Assembly (NCBI RefSeq): GCF_030684315.1
Contig: NC_081354.1
Span: 31,490,226 to 31,554,225, forward strand
Length of the DNA stretch: 64,000 bases
Direction: 5' to 3'
Source: Stegostoma tigrinum
Taxonomy: Eukaryota
Shown here: piece by piece, positions 13,430 to 26,255 of the stretch
How positions within the stretch are numbered: the first letter of the stretch is position 1
How the letters are laid out: each line of letters begins with the position of its first letter
Position numbers and translations under genes: made by a program
Notes under the pieces: model-generated
What the model was told of the DNA's origin: nothing
Database searches by the model: none
Seen by the model: the letters and a program-made list of their open reading frames with translations, nothing else

Positions 13430-15260
13430 GTTCACTTGGGGCCAATGGATTGCTGGATGCTGGCTATTATCATTAGTGCAGGAATCAATATTGACAAATG
13501 CTTTTATAATGCTTATTGGCTGGTACTGTCTTAATCAACTCTCATTTGGAAAAAAACATCACCACTAGAAATATTCCAATGGACCTTCCAATCCACTCCA
13601 AGGGAAGGAAAGATTAATATTGCAGATAGATGATATCTTCGTACATGTTTCAACAAAAGAGGTTTGCAGAAGTTAATTTAGGGATGTTCTGAAAACATTG
13701 CAGGAGACAAACTCAACATGAAACAAGTGTGTTTTTTCAACACCCATTCTAGTAAAAGTATTTGAAAGGTTAATATGTGAAAGAGCGTAAATAACATCCC
13801 ATTGTGATAGTAGATGATGTAAGAGATTACATGAGCAAGTCTCTCAAAGAGAAACATCAGGATGTCAACAGGTTTAGTCTTAATGCTCTAATGATGTCTG
13901 CATATCTTTAATGCATACAAACTATTTATTGTTCAAAAACTATTTAAAACTCAGGAAACTCTCCTTGCTAATTAAATACAGCACCTCTGGTCAACTCCTT
14001 AGATATTGTAGTGCTTGCCACTGTCATATAATTGGCTCTTCAGAAAACAAAGTTGAACAGAGGGTTTCCTCACTTCAGCAATAAGAAAGAATTATATAGA
14101 TTTATAGAAATGGCCAATCAGGTCAGGAAGTTCCTTTCTAACCTATCATTGAGCCATTGAAGGAATTGTTGAGACAAAGCTGACGGTGATGCTGGAATTT
14201 TGATTAAAGAATTTCTTTTGAAAACCTACAAACTTGCTAACTTTCTCAAAGACATAGTAACACATTGCAATCAATGATAACAGCACCAGGTACATTGTTG
14301 ACAGGTTTGGGTGCAATGCTGGAACAGATTCAAGAAGATGACAACAAAAGTCCAGTGTATCATGCTTCAAAGTCTCAAACAGATACTAAGAGGTAACCAC
14401 AATTGTAAAAGAAGCCCTGATGGGCATGCAACACATTTCTGGATAATGCCACAGAGATAAGATTCAAGATTGAAACAGATCACAAATCATTGGTTTCTCT
14501 GCTAAATATGAAATAAATTGGAAAGGTGCCTTGTATTCTACGCAGCAGACTGTATTTCATGAGGTTTGAATAAAACACAGAGTATGTCCAAGAGGAGTTT
14601 CATGCAACAGCTACAACTTTGCCAGAATACAGTTGAACAGGCTATAAAAAAGGCAGCTTTGAGTTGAAAGCACAGATAGAAGTCCATATATCCTTAGTGA
14701 CAGGAAACTTAAAAACATCACAGTAAGATATTGCAGCAGCGCAGAGACATTTAAGGAAGAGATGAATGAATATCTGATCAGAAGATATTATCAAGTGGTT
14801 GTTCAGAATATACCTCTAATAATCCTGTATCGAGACAATACTCTAAGCAGTGAAAGTGTCTCATGATTAAAGATGCTTTATTATTCTTTAATGAAAGACT
14901 TTTAGTATTTAGAGGGCTCAGAAGTGATATTTTCCAAAGATTGCAACAAGAATTACTATGGGCCAGAATGAAACCCATCTGACCCATTCGATTTCTGAAC
15001 ATTTTAAATAAGTGCCAAACATTCACATATTGTTTATTAAAATAATCATCCAGTGTCCTCTCAAAAGCCTCAGCTGAAGCTGCCTCCCCCATGATTCAAG
15101 GAAGGATATCAAAATGCCAAGGAAGAGCCCTTCAGTCAAGTTCCGTCATCAGCAATTAGTTGATAAGTTGAAGAGTTAGTAGAAAATTGTAACGCATGCA
15201 CAATCAACAGTGAAGAATGGAAAAAAAATTTGTTGTCAACATTTCCATCAAGACAATCGG
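13430..15260 (+). pseudogene. Gypsy LTR-retrotransposon pol remnant (RT, RNase H, integrase zinc finger)
   Basis: Frameshifted motifs: DAGYY near 13457, IDDIFV near 13625, KEAL and FKIETDHKSL at 14408-14492, IN-like EELVENCNAC near 15172; RT-RH-IN order. Confidence 0.7.
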
Positions 15261-15526
15261 TAAGATTTAAATGGATTGATTTCCATTGCAGGTTTTATTC
15301 AAGTAGAGTGCAAACATATTTGTTTGGTTCTTCTAGTCAATTCACTGTTATGTCTACTTATTTTTTTCTCTCCTTTTACATTTTTTTTCATTGTTCTGGC
15401 CTTTTTAAGAAGTTTCACAGATTGTGGGCCTGGACACTTTAGGAGATAAAAAGCCTACAGTATGCTTCAGCCAGCACGGGAATTTGTATCTAAAATAAGG
15501 CAGTGATGATAGACGATAGCCAATGG

Positions 15527-15615
15527 AAAATAGGTGCTGGAGTAGGCCATTCAGCCCTCCTAGCCAGCACCACCATTCATTATGATCATGGCTGATCATC
15601 CACAATCAGTATCCT
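15527..15615 (-). mobile_element. Short CR1-type 3' end
   Basis: aaataggtgctggagtaggccattcagccc..ccattcattatgatcatggctgatc. Confidence 0.5.
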
Positions 15616-16501
15616 ACAATGTCACACTAGCTATGGCACTGAATTGAAACAAAACAAATGGCACAACTAACCAACCAAAACACAAAGGTAAACTTCTTTA
15701 AGTTAGAAAATCACTGTTTTGAGCTTCAAATGCCATTTCTTTAAATGGGAGGGCTGTGTAGTTAATCTATCAATACTCTTGGACTGTCAATATTAGGTTA
15801 AACCCAATAGAAAATTCTTGGGCTGAAGATATTTCCTTTAAATCTAAAGTCTTTGTACCATGACTTATGTTGTGAAATAAGCTAACTTCCTTTTAAATTG
15901 CTATAAAAAAGAATACAGGATGTCTAGCTTGATAGGTCTTGTGTGTTTTAAAGAGAAAGTTTGCTTCATTCAAATGCTTTATAACCTAGGGCTGCCCATT
16001 TTCCAGTGAGGATTCTTTTATAAGCAGTTAATGGTACTTACTATCATACTGCCATCATTGTATACAGATGAGAATATCACTCAGTGATAAATTCAATGAA
16101 ACTTTTATACAGCTCCAGATATTGACACATGTATATTATAACCACAGGCACTTACATGTCCAGATTCAAGTTAAGCATGTCATGCAGTAGGAAAACAGAT
16201 CAGTCAGAAGGTGACTGAGAGCTTTATACCATTAAGTCACATGACATAATATGATGATGATATCATGAAGATATCCCTTAAAGTCATACTGCATACTTGT
16301 TGTGCAATGTAACACTGCATTGAGATCTTTGTAGAGCTAAATTTTATGAGATTGTTTGGCAAGAATGAAGTCTTATCATGCAGATATAAAAAAATCACTC
16401 ATACTTAAAGTATCAGCGACCCTTTTTTGGCAAGATTGACTTTTTAATGAGCAAGTATAGACTATAACATCATGTCTTTGAAGTATTTTAATGATTTACT
16501 C

Positions 16502-18770
16502 TTTTTTCATTAACTTGTGGAATGTGGGTGTCATTTGCTGGCCAGCATTAATTGCCTATCTCTAGTCACCCTGGAGAAGGTGGTGGTGAGCTGCCTTCTC
16601 AAACTGCTGCAGTCCATCCACTGTGGGTTGACCGACAATGCCATTAGGGAGGGAATTCCAGGATTTTGACCCAGTGGCAGTGAAGGAACAGTGATATATT
16701 TCCAAGTCAGGATGGTGAGAGACTTGGAAAGGAACTTTTAGGTGGAGGTGTTCCCATTTATCTGCTGCCCTTGTATTTCTAGATGGATGTGGTCATGGGT
16801 TTGAATATGCCTTCTGAGGATCTTTGGTGAATTTATATGACTGAACATTGGTGATGAAGGGAGTGGATGTTTGTGGGTGTACTGCCAATCAAGCGGGCTG
16901 GTTTTGTCCTGGATGGTGTCAAGCTTCTTGAGTGTTGTTGGGGCTGCATTCATCCAGGCAAGTAGGGATGTCCCATCATGTTCCTGACATGTGCCTTGTG
17001 GATGGCGGGCAGGCTTTGAAGAGTCAGGAGGTGAGTTACTCACTGCAGTATTCCCAGCTTCTGGCTTGCTCTTGTAACTACTGTGTTTACATAGTGAGTC
17101 CAATTGTGTTTCTAGTCTATGATAACACCCAGAATGTTGATAGTGGGGAATTCAGTGATGGTAACACCATTGAATGGCAAGTGGCCGTGGTTAGATTGTC
17201 TCTTATTCATGATAGTCATAGTCTGATATTTGTGTGTGGTATGAATGTTACTTGCCACCTGTCAGCCCAAGCCTGGATACTGTCCAGATCTTGTTACATT
17301 TGAACACGGACTGCTTCAGTACTTGAGGAGTTGCTAGTGGTGCAGAACATTGTTTAATCATTGATGAACATCTCAATTTCTGACCTTTTGGTGGAGTGCG
17401 GGTCATTGATGAAGAGGCTGAAGATAGCTGGGCCTAGCACACTACTCTGAGGAGCTCCTGTAGAGATATCCTGGAGCTGAGATGATTGACCTCCAGCAAC
17501 CATGACTATCTTCAGGTGTCAGGTATGACTCCAACCACAGGAGAGTTTGGACCTGATACCCATTGATTCAGTTTTGTTTGAACTCTATGATGCCACACTC
17601 ATTCGATTGCAATCTTGATGAAAAGGGCTGTCACTCTCACCTCACCTCTGGAATTCAACTCTTTTGTCCATGTTTGAACCAAAGCTGCACTGAGGTCGAT
17701 GCTGAGTGACCCTGGCAGAACACAAACTGGGCCTCACTAAGCAAGTTATTGCTGAGTGGGTGCTGTTTGATAACAGTGTTGATGGCACCTTCTATCACTT
17801 TACTGATGATTGCGAGTAGACCAATGGGGTGGTAATTGTTTGGGTTAGATTTGCCCTGCTTTTTGTGAACAGGACATACTTGGGCAATTTTTCACATTGT
17901 GATGTGGTTGTTCCAGATGGATGTGATCATGGGTTTGGAATATGCCTTCTGAGGATCTTTGGTGAATTTATATGACTGAACATTGGTGATGTAGGGAATG
18001 GATGTTTGTGGATGTAGTGCCAACCAAGCGGGCTGCTTTTGTCCTGGATGGTGTCAAGCTTCTTGAGTGTTGTTGGGGCTGCATTTGTCCGGGCAAGTGG
18101 ATGACACCAGTGATGTAACTGTATTGGAACAACTTGGCTAAGAGAGCGGCAAGTTCTAGAGCACAAGCCTTCAGTACTATCACCAGAATGTTGTCAGGGC
18201 TGATAGCCTTTGCAGTATCTAATGTTTCCAAAGGTTTCTTGATATCACATTTGCTGCGTTTGCTGTAAGATTGCTGTGAATGCTTCAACCTTACTTTTTG
18301 CACTGACATGCTGGGTTCTTCCATCATTGAGAATGGGGATATTTGTGGAGCCTCCTCCTGCAGTGAGTTGTTTAATTATCCACCACCATTCACGACTGGA
18401 TGTGGCAGGACTGCTGACCTTATATCTGATCCATTGGTTATTGGATTGGTTATCTCTGTCTATCATTTGCTGCTTGTGCTGTCTGGCATGCAAGTAGTCC
18501 TATTTGGTGGCATCACCACGTTGACACCTCATCTTCAAGTATGACCTCGTGCATTGTCCACTTAACTAGGGTTGACCCCTTGGCTTGATGTTAAAGGTTG
18601 AGCCGGAGCTGTGCTGAGGCGTAAGATTACAGTTTGTGCTGGAGTACAATTCTGCTGCTGCTGATGGCCCACCATGCCTTATGGAAGCCCAGTCTCGATT
18701 TGGTAGATCTGTTTGAAGGCTGTCCCATTTATCATGGTGATAGCGCCACACAACATGATGGAGGTGAGTT
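16502..18770 (-). mobile_element. Degraded CR1-group (L2/Crack-like) LINE with internal duplication
   Basis: Minus ORFs with REWWWIIKQLT.GGGSTNIPILNDG, AISPDNI..VLKACALELAALLAKLFQYSY, APTTLKKLDTIQDK; 3' end near 16502. Confidence 0.85.
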
Positions 18771-18879
18771 GCTATTGATGTAGTGTTGCTTGTGGAGGAG
18801 CAAGGCAAATTCTAGATGATCACCTTTAATTGCCTGTATCTTATCTGTGTAGTCCTAGTATTACATTCTCCTCCAACAC

Positions 18880-19010
18880 CAAGTGCCTTGAGCTATTTGA
18901 TTTCTTCTGACTCCAGCCTCTTGTGCATTCCCAAGTTTAGTAACTGTATCATCAGGACCAGATCTTCAGCTACCTATGTCCTAAGCTGTGGCATTTGTTC
19001 CCTAAACTTC
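18880..19010 (+). mobile_element. Degraded L2-like 3' fragment
   Basis: cctcttgtgcattccc..ttcagctacct..cctaagctgtgg..ttccctaaac resembles the L2 ORF2 end. Confidence 0.35.
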
Positions 19011-19142
19011 ACTACAAATACAAGTTGTTTTAATATGCACACTCCTGAAATTGCTGCTTGAAGTATTCTATTAGAATAGTGAGCATCAATAACCTATTGT
19101 TTCTCCTGGAGAATCTGGGGGTCCAAAGGGCTTATCATTGAT

Positions 19143-19362
19143 TTTAGCCCAGCTAGCTGGATGGTTGTTTTGTGAAGCAGTGTGATGCCAATGTTGTGGG
19201 TTCAATTTCTATCATCAGCTGAGGTTACCATGAAGGACTCTCCTTCTCAACCTCTCCCCTTGCATGAGGCATGGTGGCCCTCCGGTTAGATTACTCCCAG
19301 GCTTCTCTCTCTCTGTTTCTGTAATGGGAGAGCAGCCTTATGGCCTAGTAAGCCTATGGTGA
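19143..19362 (+). mobile_element. tRNA-derived SINE (second family)
   Basis: A box-like tagcccagctagctgg, B box gggttcaatttc; body ctgaggttaccatgaaggactctcc shared with 37051-37250. Confidence 0.65.
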
Positions 19363-19749
19363 TACAATATGAACATTGATTGCAGGATGTCTTTTTCTCT
19401 ACGTTTGACTCTAATTCTCTCCATTTGTATATTTTTGTCATTTCATACATTCAGTCTATTTCTCTTATAAGTCACAAGACTTATACTTGGATTTTCCAAA
19501 TAACAGCAGAATACGAGTATTAAAAACCAAAACGCAAGAATTATTAACAAAATAAGATGAAACAACTGGAGAACAGATTGCAAAATGTACGAATTGCCTA
19601 TTTGCTTTACTGTGACTTGGGCTCTCAATTTAACGTACTTTCTCTACTGAGAGATAAATAGCACCTATTTAAATATTTTGATGCATTCTACTCAAATATA
19701 TAAGGTATGGATAAAGTTGTGAGCGCATTGAACAGAGTGAAAAAGTGAT

Positions 19750-20205
19750 TTATAAGAATGGTTTCAAGAATAAGAAACTACAGAGATGAGTTTGGATGAA
19801 GAAGTTGGGACTGTTTTTCTTTGAGAGAAGAAAGCTGACAGGAGATCTGATCAATGCTTTCAAAATCATGAGGTTTCTGGGCAGAATTGACAGGGAGAAG
19901 CTGTTCCTAGCTTTAGTGAAAGAAGAAGAATGGCATAGGTTTAAAGTGATGTGCAAATCAAGCAAGGGTGCTGTGAGAAAGAGAACATCTTCATGCAATG
20001 AGTTGTTAGGGTAGAGAAGGCATTGCTTGGCAGACAGTGGAGTTAAGTTCTATTGAGGCATTTGAGAGGGATTGATGATTACTTGGGTAGAAATGTCGTG
20101 CAGGAATATGGGAACAAGGGAGGAGCTTGGCACTAGGTCATAAAATCTGTGCAAGCATGGTGGGAACAAATGGCACCATTCTATGCCATAACAATTCTGT
20201 GAATA
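19750..20205 (+). mobile_element. CR1 LINE 3' fragment
   Basis: ORF 19796-20014 KKLGLFFFERRKLTGDLINAFKIMRFLGRIDREKLF matches the CR1 ORF2 C-terminus. Confidence 0.8.
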
Positions 20206-21445
20206 CATCATCTTGTTTGAATTTGAATCATTTTTAAACACACCAGTCAAATTATTGTATAATATATCAAAAGCAAAACACAGTCCTGTATATGCCAGAA
20301 ATCTGAAATATTATTACACACGGAGGCACAATTTAAAGTTTCCATTAAAAGACTACAAACATAACAGGTGTGCATTTAATATACTTTATTATGTTTGAAG
20401 TTAATTCTTATTCTCCTTCATTCTTGCACATATATGTGCAAACCCCTCTGTTTTAGATGACATTATTGTCCTGAACAAATTAAAAAACATGCCCTCTATT
20501 GTCTTTTATTTCAAAATTTTAAAAAAAACTTACAAGCTACGAGAATAAGAGAGAAGACTTATTCTCTTGTCTAATTCCCGTCATCATCCAATGCAAAGCA
20601 AAATGTTTGGCAAGGATTAAAATGCAAAAACTGAAATTATGGATTTTGTGAAAATTCTTTCACCCTATTGTATTGATAACATGAATTGAGGTGCTGGACA
20701 TGGGGGCTAACTTAATGCTGCTGATGCATGCTGAGAAATTGTAAACATTGCATATTCAAACTATATCATATGTTGTCAGCTAACAGATTCCAAGATGGAA
20801 CATGCATAACTTTCATTGAAAGGAAAATGAAAGTTATTAAAAGATAATCATATTGTGAGAGATTTTGATATCATTATATGGCTTGAAACTTCATTTTACA
20901 TGATAAGCATATCAATTTCTATGAAAAGATTGGAGATATTTGCCTTTCAAAAAGTTTTGTGCTATTCATTTGGTTTACATTTTCTCTTAACCTTTGCTTT
21001 TAATTGGTTGGATATAAGATTATTTTTGGTAGTCATTCATAGTTTCTAAGCAATGAGTTGCTCCTCACTTGCTTATTTTTGGCGTATACACACTTTGATG
21101 CTTTCATACGCAAGAACAATGCAAAAGTTCTTTTCCAAAAATTCTGCTTTAAAGTCATTGCGTCTGCATATTATCAGTCTGCAGCTGCTATAGGAAAACA
21201 AATAAAAGATTCAGAGGTTAGGGCAAATTTTGCTTCACTGTCATTTTTTTTATAGAATTCATAGTGGGCCAAAGTCTTACTTCAAGCAAAAAATAGTTAA
21301 GTTGTCACTCATTGTTCTTGCAAATTGTAGAATATTTTTGAAGGAGTTAGCTGTGGACTCACAAATGATGTCCATGTGAGGAAGATAATAAAATGTGAGG
21401 CTGGATGAACACAGCAGGCCAAGCAGCATCTCAGGAGCACAAAAG

Positions 21446-21477
21446 CTGACGTTTCGGGCCTAGACCCTTCATCAGAG
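21446..21477 (-). ncRNA. Minimal hammerhead ribozyme motif, mirror copy in left arm
   Basis: Exact reverse complement of 22682-22713. Confidence 0.7.
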
Positions 21478-22006
21478 AGGGGGATGGGGGGAGGGAACTG
21501 GAATAAATAGGGAGAGAGGGGGAGGCGGACCGAAGATGGAGAGTAAAGAAGATAGGTGGAGAGGGTGTAGGTGGGGAGGTAGGGAGGGGATAGGTCAGTC
21601 CAGGGAAGACGGACAGGTCAAGGAGGTGGGATGAGGTTAGTAGGTAGCTGGGGGTGCGGCTTGGGGTGGGAGGAAGGGATGGGTGAGAGGAAGAACCGGT
21701 TAGGGAGGCAGAGACAGGTTGGACTGGTTTTGGGATGCAGTGGGTGGGGGGGAAGAGCTGGGCTGGTTGTGTGGTGCAGTGGGGGGAGGGGATGAACTGG
21801 GCTGGTTTAGGGATGCAGTGGGGGAAGGGGAGATTTTGAAACTGGTGAAGTCCACATTGATACCATATGGCTGCAGGGTTCCCAGGCGGAATATGAGTTG
21901 CTGTTCCTGCAACCTTCGGGTGGCATCATTGTGGCAGTGCAGGAGGCCCATGATGGACATGTCATCAAGAGAATGGGAGGGGGAGTGGAAATGGTTTGCG
22001 ACTGGG

Positions 22007-22459
22007 CAGAGGTTCACCTGCACATCTGCCAATGTGGTATACTGCATCCACTGTACCCGGTGCGGCTTCCTCTACATTGGGGAAACCAAGCGGCTGCTTG
22101 GGGACCGCTTTGCAGAACACCTCCGCTCAGTTCGCAACAAACAACTGCACCTCCCAGTCGCAAACCATTTCCACTCCCCCTCCCATTCTCTTGATGACAT
22201 GTCCATCATGGGCCTCCTGCACTGCCACAATGATGCCACCCGAAGGTTGCAGGAACAGCAACTCATATTCCGCCTGGGAACCCTGCAGCCATATGGTATC
22301 AATGTGGACTTCACCAGTTTCAAAATCTCCCCTTCCCCCACTGCATCCCTAAACCAGCCCAGTTCATCCCCTCCCCCCACTGCACCACACAACCAGCCCA
22401 GCTCTTCCCCCCCACCCACTGCATCCCAAAACCAGTCCAACCTGTCTCTGCCTCCCTAA
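22007..22459 (+). pseudogene. GIY-YIG endonuclease domain of the PLE ORF, 5'-truncated, no RT
   Basis: NVVYCIHCTRCGFLYIGETKRLLGDRFAEH...VANHF...EQQLIFRLGTLQPYGIN: VVY-YIG motif, Cys/His residues, catalytic R/E/N; uninterrupted frame. Confidence 0.9.
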
Positions 22460-22681
22460 CCGGTTCTTCCTCTCACCCATCCCTTCCTCCCACCCCAAGC
22501 CGCACCCCCAGCTACCTACTAACCTCATCCCACCTCCTTGACCTGTCCGTCTTCCCTGGACTGACCTATCCCCTCCCTCCCTCCCCACCTACACCCTCTC
22601 CACCTATCTTCTTTACTCTCCATCTTCGGTCCGCCTCCCCCTCTCTCCCTATTTATTCCAGTTCCCTCCCCCCATCCCCCT

Positions 22682-22713
22682 CTCTGATGAAGGGTCTAGG
22701 CCCGAAACGTCAG
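22682..22713 (+). ncRNA. Minimal hammerhead ribozyme motif, intact core
   Basis: CTGATGA (22684-22690)-a-GGGT ctag GCCC-GAAA-CGTC; palindromic ACGT stem III; predicted cut after C22711; stem I only 2 bp. Confidence 0.7.
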
Positions 22714-25223
22714 CTTTTGTGCTCCTGAGATGCTGCTTGGCCTGCTGTGTTCATCCAGCCTCACATTTTATTATCTTGGAATCTCCAGCATCTGCAGTTC
22801 CCATTATCTCCATGTGAGGAATATGCCTTTCTATTGAGTATATGTGACATTTGGAGGACAGACATTAAGTTAAATGGCACCACAATGTCTTGGAGGTTGC
22901 CTGCAGCAGATTCTGGCTGGATTACAGAATGCAGAAACCAAGCAGCTTGCTGGTGTTAAAAACAGATGAGTCTTATCCTAAGAAAAAGATAGTTGTTGAA
23001 TATATCTAATCCGAGCTTGTCTGCAAGCTCCTCTGTTCCAGTGTTCTTTTTAGCAGCTTGACAGTGAATGACTGAATGTAACACCATAGTTCTTAATGGA
23101 AATCTCACGTCATGCAAAGATAAAATGGATTTTGGCATCTGGACTAGATTATGAACTTGAGCATTGCTAGTTAGAATGAGAGAAAAAAACAGCTGAAGGA
23201 ATCCTTACCTTTATACTTTGCCATCTGGTCTTCATTAAATGAGAGTTCTGCCTTATTACATGAAGCTAGCCAGAAGACAGAAATGGATAGTTTTCAGTGC
23301 TTTTAGTTAAGCTGCCACCTTTTCTTTTCCCTGACAAATCCTCTATTTTATTTGATAATTTTATTTTTGAACAAATATTCAAAAAGAGATTTTGAGCAGC
23401 ATTTACCCTTTATGAGTCCCCCTCAGGAAATGAAATGGCTGATGGAGGGGCTGTAATTTCAGCCACTGACATTTCTCTCAACGTGGCCTGTAAAGACAGT
23501 ACTTGTCTAATTTTAGCTCAGCATATTCAGTACATTATAAAGACAACACGTGCATTTCTTCCATGTTGAGAACATTACAGAATTATAGACCCACATTTCA
23601 TACTGCTGCTGTTTATTTTTTAGCCAATGACTCTTGTTGATGATCATTGTTTGACTCTATCTGAGGTGAAATGCTTGCACTGCTGCCATTGTCTTCTGGT
23701 GGAAATTGATAGAATGTATTCCCATGTTTTCAGGGCAAATCTTTCTAACCTAATCATCAGAAGACCCAATGTCTTATGCATAATCAGAATGCCCTGGGAA
23801 ATGATCTGACAGTTATACTGTGGTAGATCAAGGCATTTGCACCTTACAGTTCTTTTACCACTGGGTGGGGTGGTGGGGTGTGAAGTGGAAGACACCATAA
23901 TAGCCTTTCATGTCCGATATTCTCAGAAAAACGATATCAGAGGATTTCGCTCACAAGTAAAATACACAGTTATTGTTGTTTTTCAGCCAAATTTCTCCAG
24001 AAAGATTTATTGTTCTGCCTTAGAGTTTTATAGCACTGCTACAGAGCATATGTGTATGCCAAATGCAAAGTATCACAAATACCATAAATAGGTTATATAT
24101 TAAATTGTCAGTGCAAGTTATATGATATGGTTGACAGCAGGCATGTTGTGACTGAAACAATGCAATGCTGAGCATGTCTCCTTTCAATTGTATTGAAGTA
24201 AAAATGTATATGAAGCAAAAATATCTCCCATTATGGTCAAACCCACTTTTTTAACCAAGGGTAACAAGTGGTGGAATCCACACCTTGTCATTTTTTTCAA
24301 CACTTAAGTAGGGAAACTGAAAAGACTGAATTTTACCATTAATCAATTGAAAGCCAATTTCAGTTTTTTGGAGGGTTTCTCTCCATGAGCTCTGGCAAGT
24401 TCACACACTATTACCTGTTGCTTACAACATTATCTGTGCACCACTCCTCTATGGTGTTATGCAAAGTAATTGAGTGCTCATCATTGGCAGAAGTACTTGC
24501 CTCTGCTGTCACTTCCTAGGATTTCAGCCATTGGCACAATGTTTAAAGCCCAGTAATGAACCAGGTCCAAGCCCCTAGCCAGAGATCATATGCTGCTATT
24601 GACTCACTGTGCCAGTACACACTGACTCATGACAGACCCATTGGCTTGATTGAAGACTACGCCCCTCAGGCTTTGAAACATTGCCATTTGGTTAAAGCAC
24701 AAGTATGCTTGCCACGTAAGCTGCTGTTATTGCAGCATTGACATAGCACTGTGCTGTAAGAACAGGTCCACTTCCTTACCTGATCACTGTTGACAACTAT
24801 TGCAAGATGCTTGGCACGCTGAGCCTTTAAGTTCTGAATGAGACAGTAAAGTGCATAAAGGCAATGCAAAATAGAGAAGCATTCAGGTAACTACGGAGTA
24901 AGAGACCAAGCAGAGAGCCCTGGGATGCACCCTGCTGTGAAGCATGAGATGAGTGCGAGTTCCTGCATGCAAAGCAGTCTGGCTGCAACAGTGGAGTGCG
25001 GTGTCGGTGAACTGCAGCACTGATGTGGAGAACCATTGTCAGTGAGTCAGAGATGTGCCATGATGCAAGTCCAGAGGAGCAAATGACCAGTTGCATCTAC
25101 CAAGTATCGGTTCTGACATTCCATTTCAGGAAGTGTCAATGCCCAGTTTCTCCCTGAGTATGGGAGAATAAACACATTGCATATAAAGGAGATTAGTCAC
25201 TAATTGAATATAAAGGGCAACTT

Positions 25224-25430
25224 ATAGAATCATAGACTCCCTACAGTGTGGAAGCAGGCCATTCAGCCCATCGTGTCCACACTGACCCTCCAAAGAGCAT
25301 CCCATCAGACCCACACCCTACCTATCTCTGTAACCCTGCATTCTTGATGGCTAATCCACCTAACCTGCACATTCCTAGACACTATGGACAATTTAGCATG
25401 GCCAATCCGTCTAACCTGTATGTGTTTGGA
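25224..25430 (-). mobile_element. HE1/V-SINE-like SINE, 3' half
   Basis: atagaatcatagactccctacagtgtggaagcaggccattc..tttagcatggccaatc; similar to 62529-62700. Confidence 0.7.
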
Positions 25431-25894
25431 ACTTGCAAATTACTTGAGTTGACTGAGATCCTCATCTTATCATTCATGCTTTGTTTGGAAAATCAGTGTT
25501 TGTTTTTCTTGATAATGAGAACCTTGTCTGTCCTGACCATATTTTCCCAGCTGACTCAACTTTGCGAATACTATTCGAGTCTGGGAGAATCCAATCAAGA
25601 GTATTTGCTTGCTAAGGAACTTCTGGAGAGATGGACCTCTCTTAACCTTCAACCAAAGTCTTGGGGTGGACTTTCCATTTAATACAAAGTCAGCAATGCA
25701 AGCCGTACCAAAGATAGCATCCATTCGTCAAAACCTTTATTGCCCCGGAATATCTGCTCAAACACATTTCCATATTTCTAAATGCATGATGTGCCATGAT
25801 CCAGCATGGCTCTTGGTGTTTTACAGCATAATTTAGTAAAACAAATGGTTTTTTTTAGAAAGGTTAATGTAATATTTAAGGCTGATAACTTTTA

Positions 25895-26255
25895 TTTATT
25901 TTTAAATGGAATGTAAGTGTTGCTGGTAAGGCCTTCGTTTGGTACAAATCCGTCATTGCCCTTGAACTGAGGAGACTACTTGCCAGGCCATCTCACAGTC
26001 AACTTTATTTTGTGGACAACATACGGGCCAACCAAGTAAGAGGAGCAGTTTTCCCTCTCTAAAAAGATGTTAGTGAAACCAGATGGGATTTTTATGATAG
26101 TCAGCCACTGTTAGTGGGAATAGCTTTCAATTATTAACTAATTGAATTTAGTTTTCACCAGCTGACATATTGAGATTTGAACCTGTCTCACCAGAATGTT
26201 AGCTTGGGTTCCTGGGTTATTCATCCAGTGAAATATTATCATTGTGCCACTGGCT
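25895..26255 (-). mobile_element. Old SINE-like element sharing its 3' end with the L2/Crack-like LINE
   Basis: ggaatgtaagtgttgctggtaaggcc..attgcccttg resembles the LINE tail at 16515; B-box-like gagatttgaacc near 26172. Confidence 0.4.

Larger units (their letters stand above)
21382..22810. mobile_element. Young Neptune-like Penelope element with inverted arms (625-bp inverted repeat)
   Basis: Arms 21382-22006 and 22153-22777 are reverse complements; 146-bp spacer; 33-nt tail 22778-22810; TSD TCCATGTGAGGAA (21371-21383, 22809-22821). Confidence 0.95.

Noticed and set aside
21719-22006. N-terminal half of the 246-aa ORF, and minus ORFs 21700-22047 and 22072-22440, as real proteins
   Set aside because: They are antisense or mirror readings created by the inverted repeat; only the GIY-YIG frame is meaningful
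22335-22440. Three ~35-bp imperfect repeats (cccccactgca..aaccag) as a CRISPR-like array
   Set aside because: Tandem units without unique spacers inside the PLE; eukaryotic context, no cas genes
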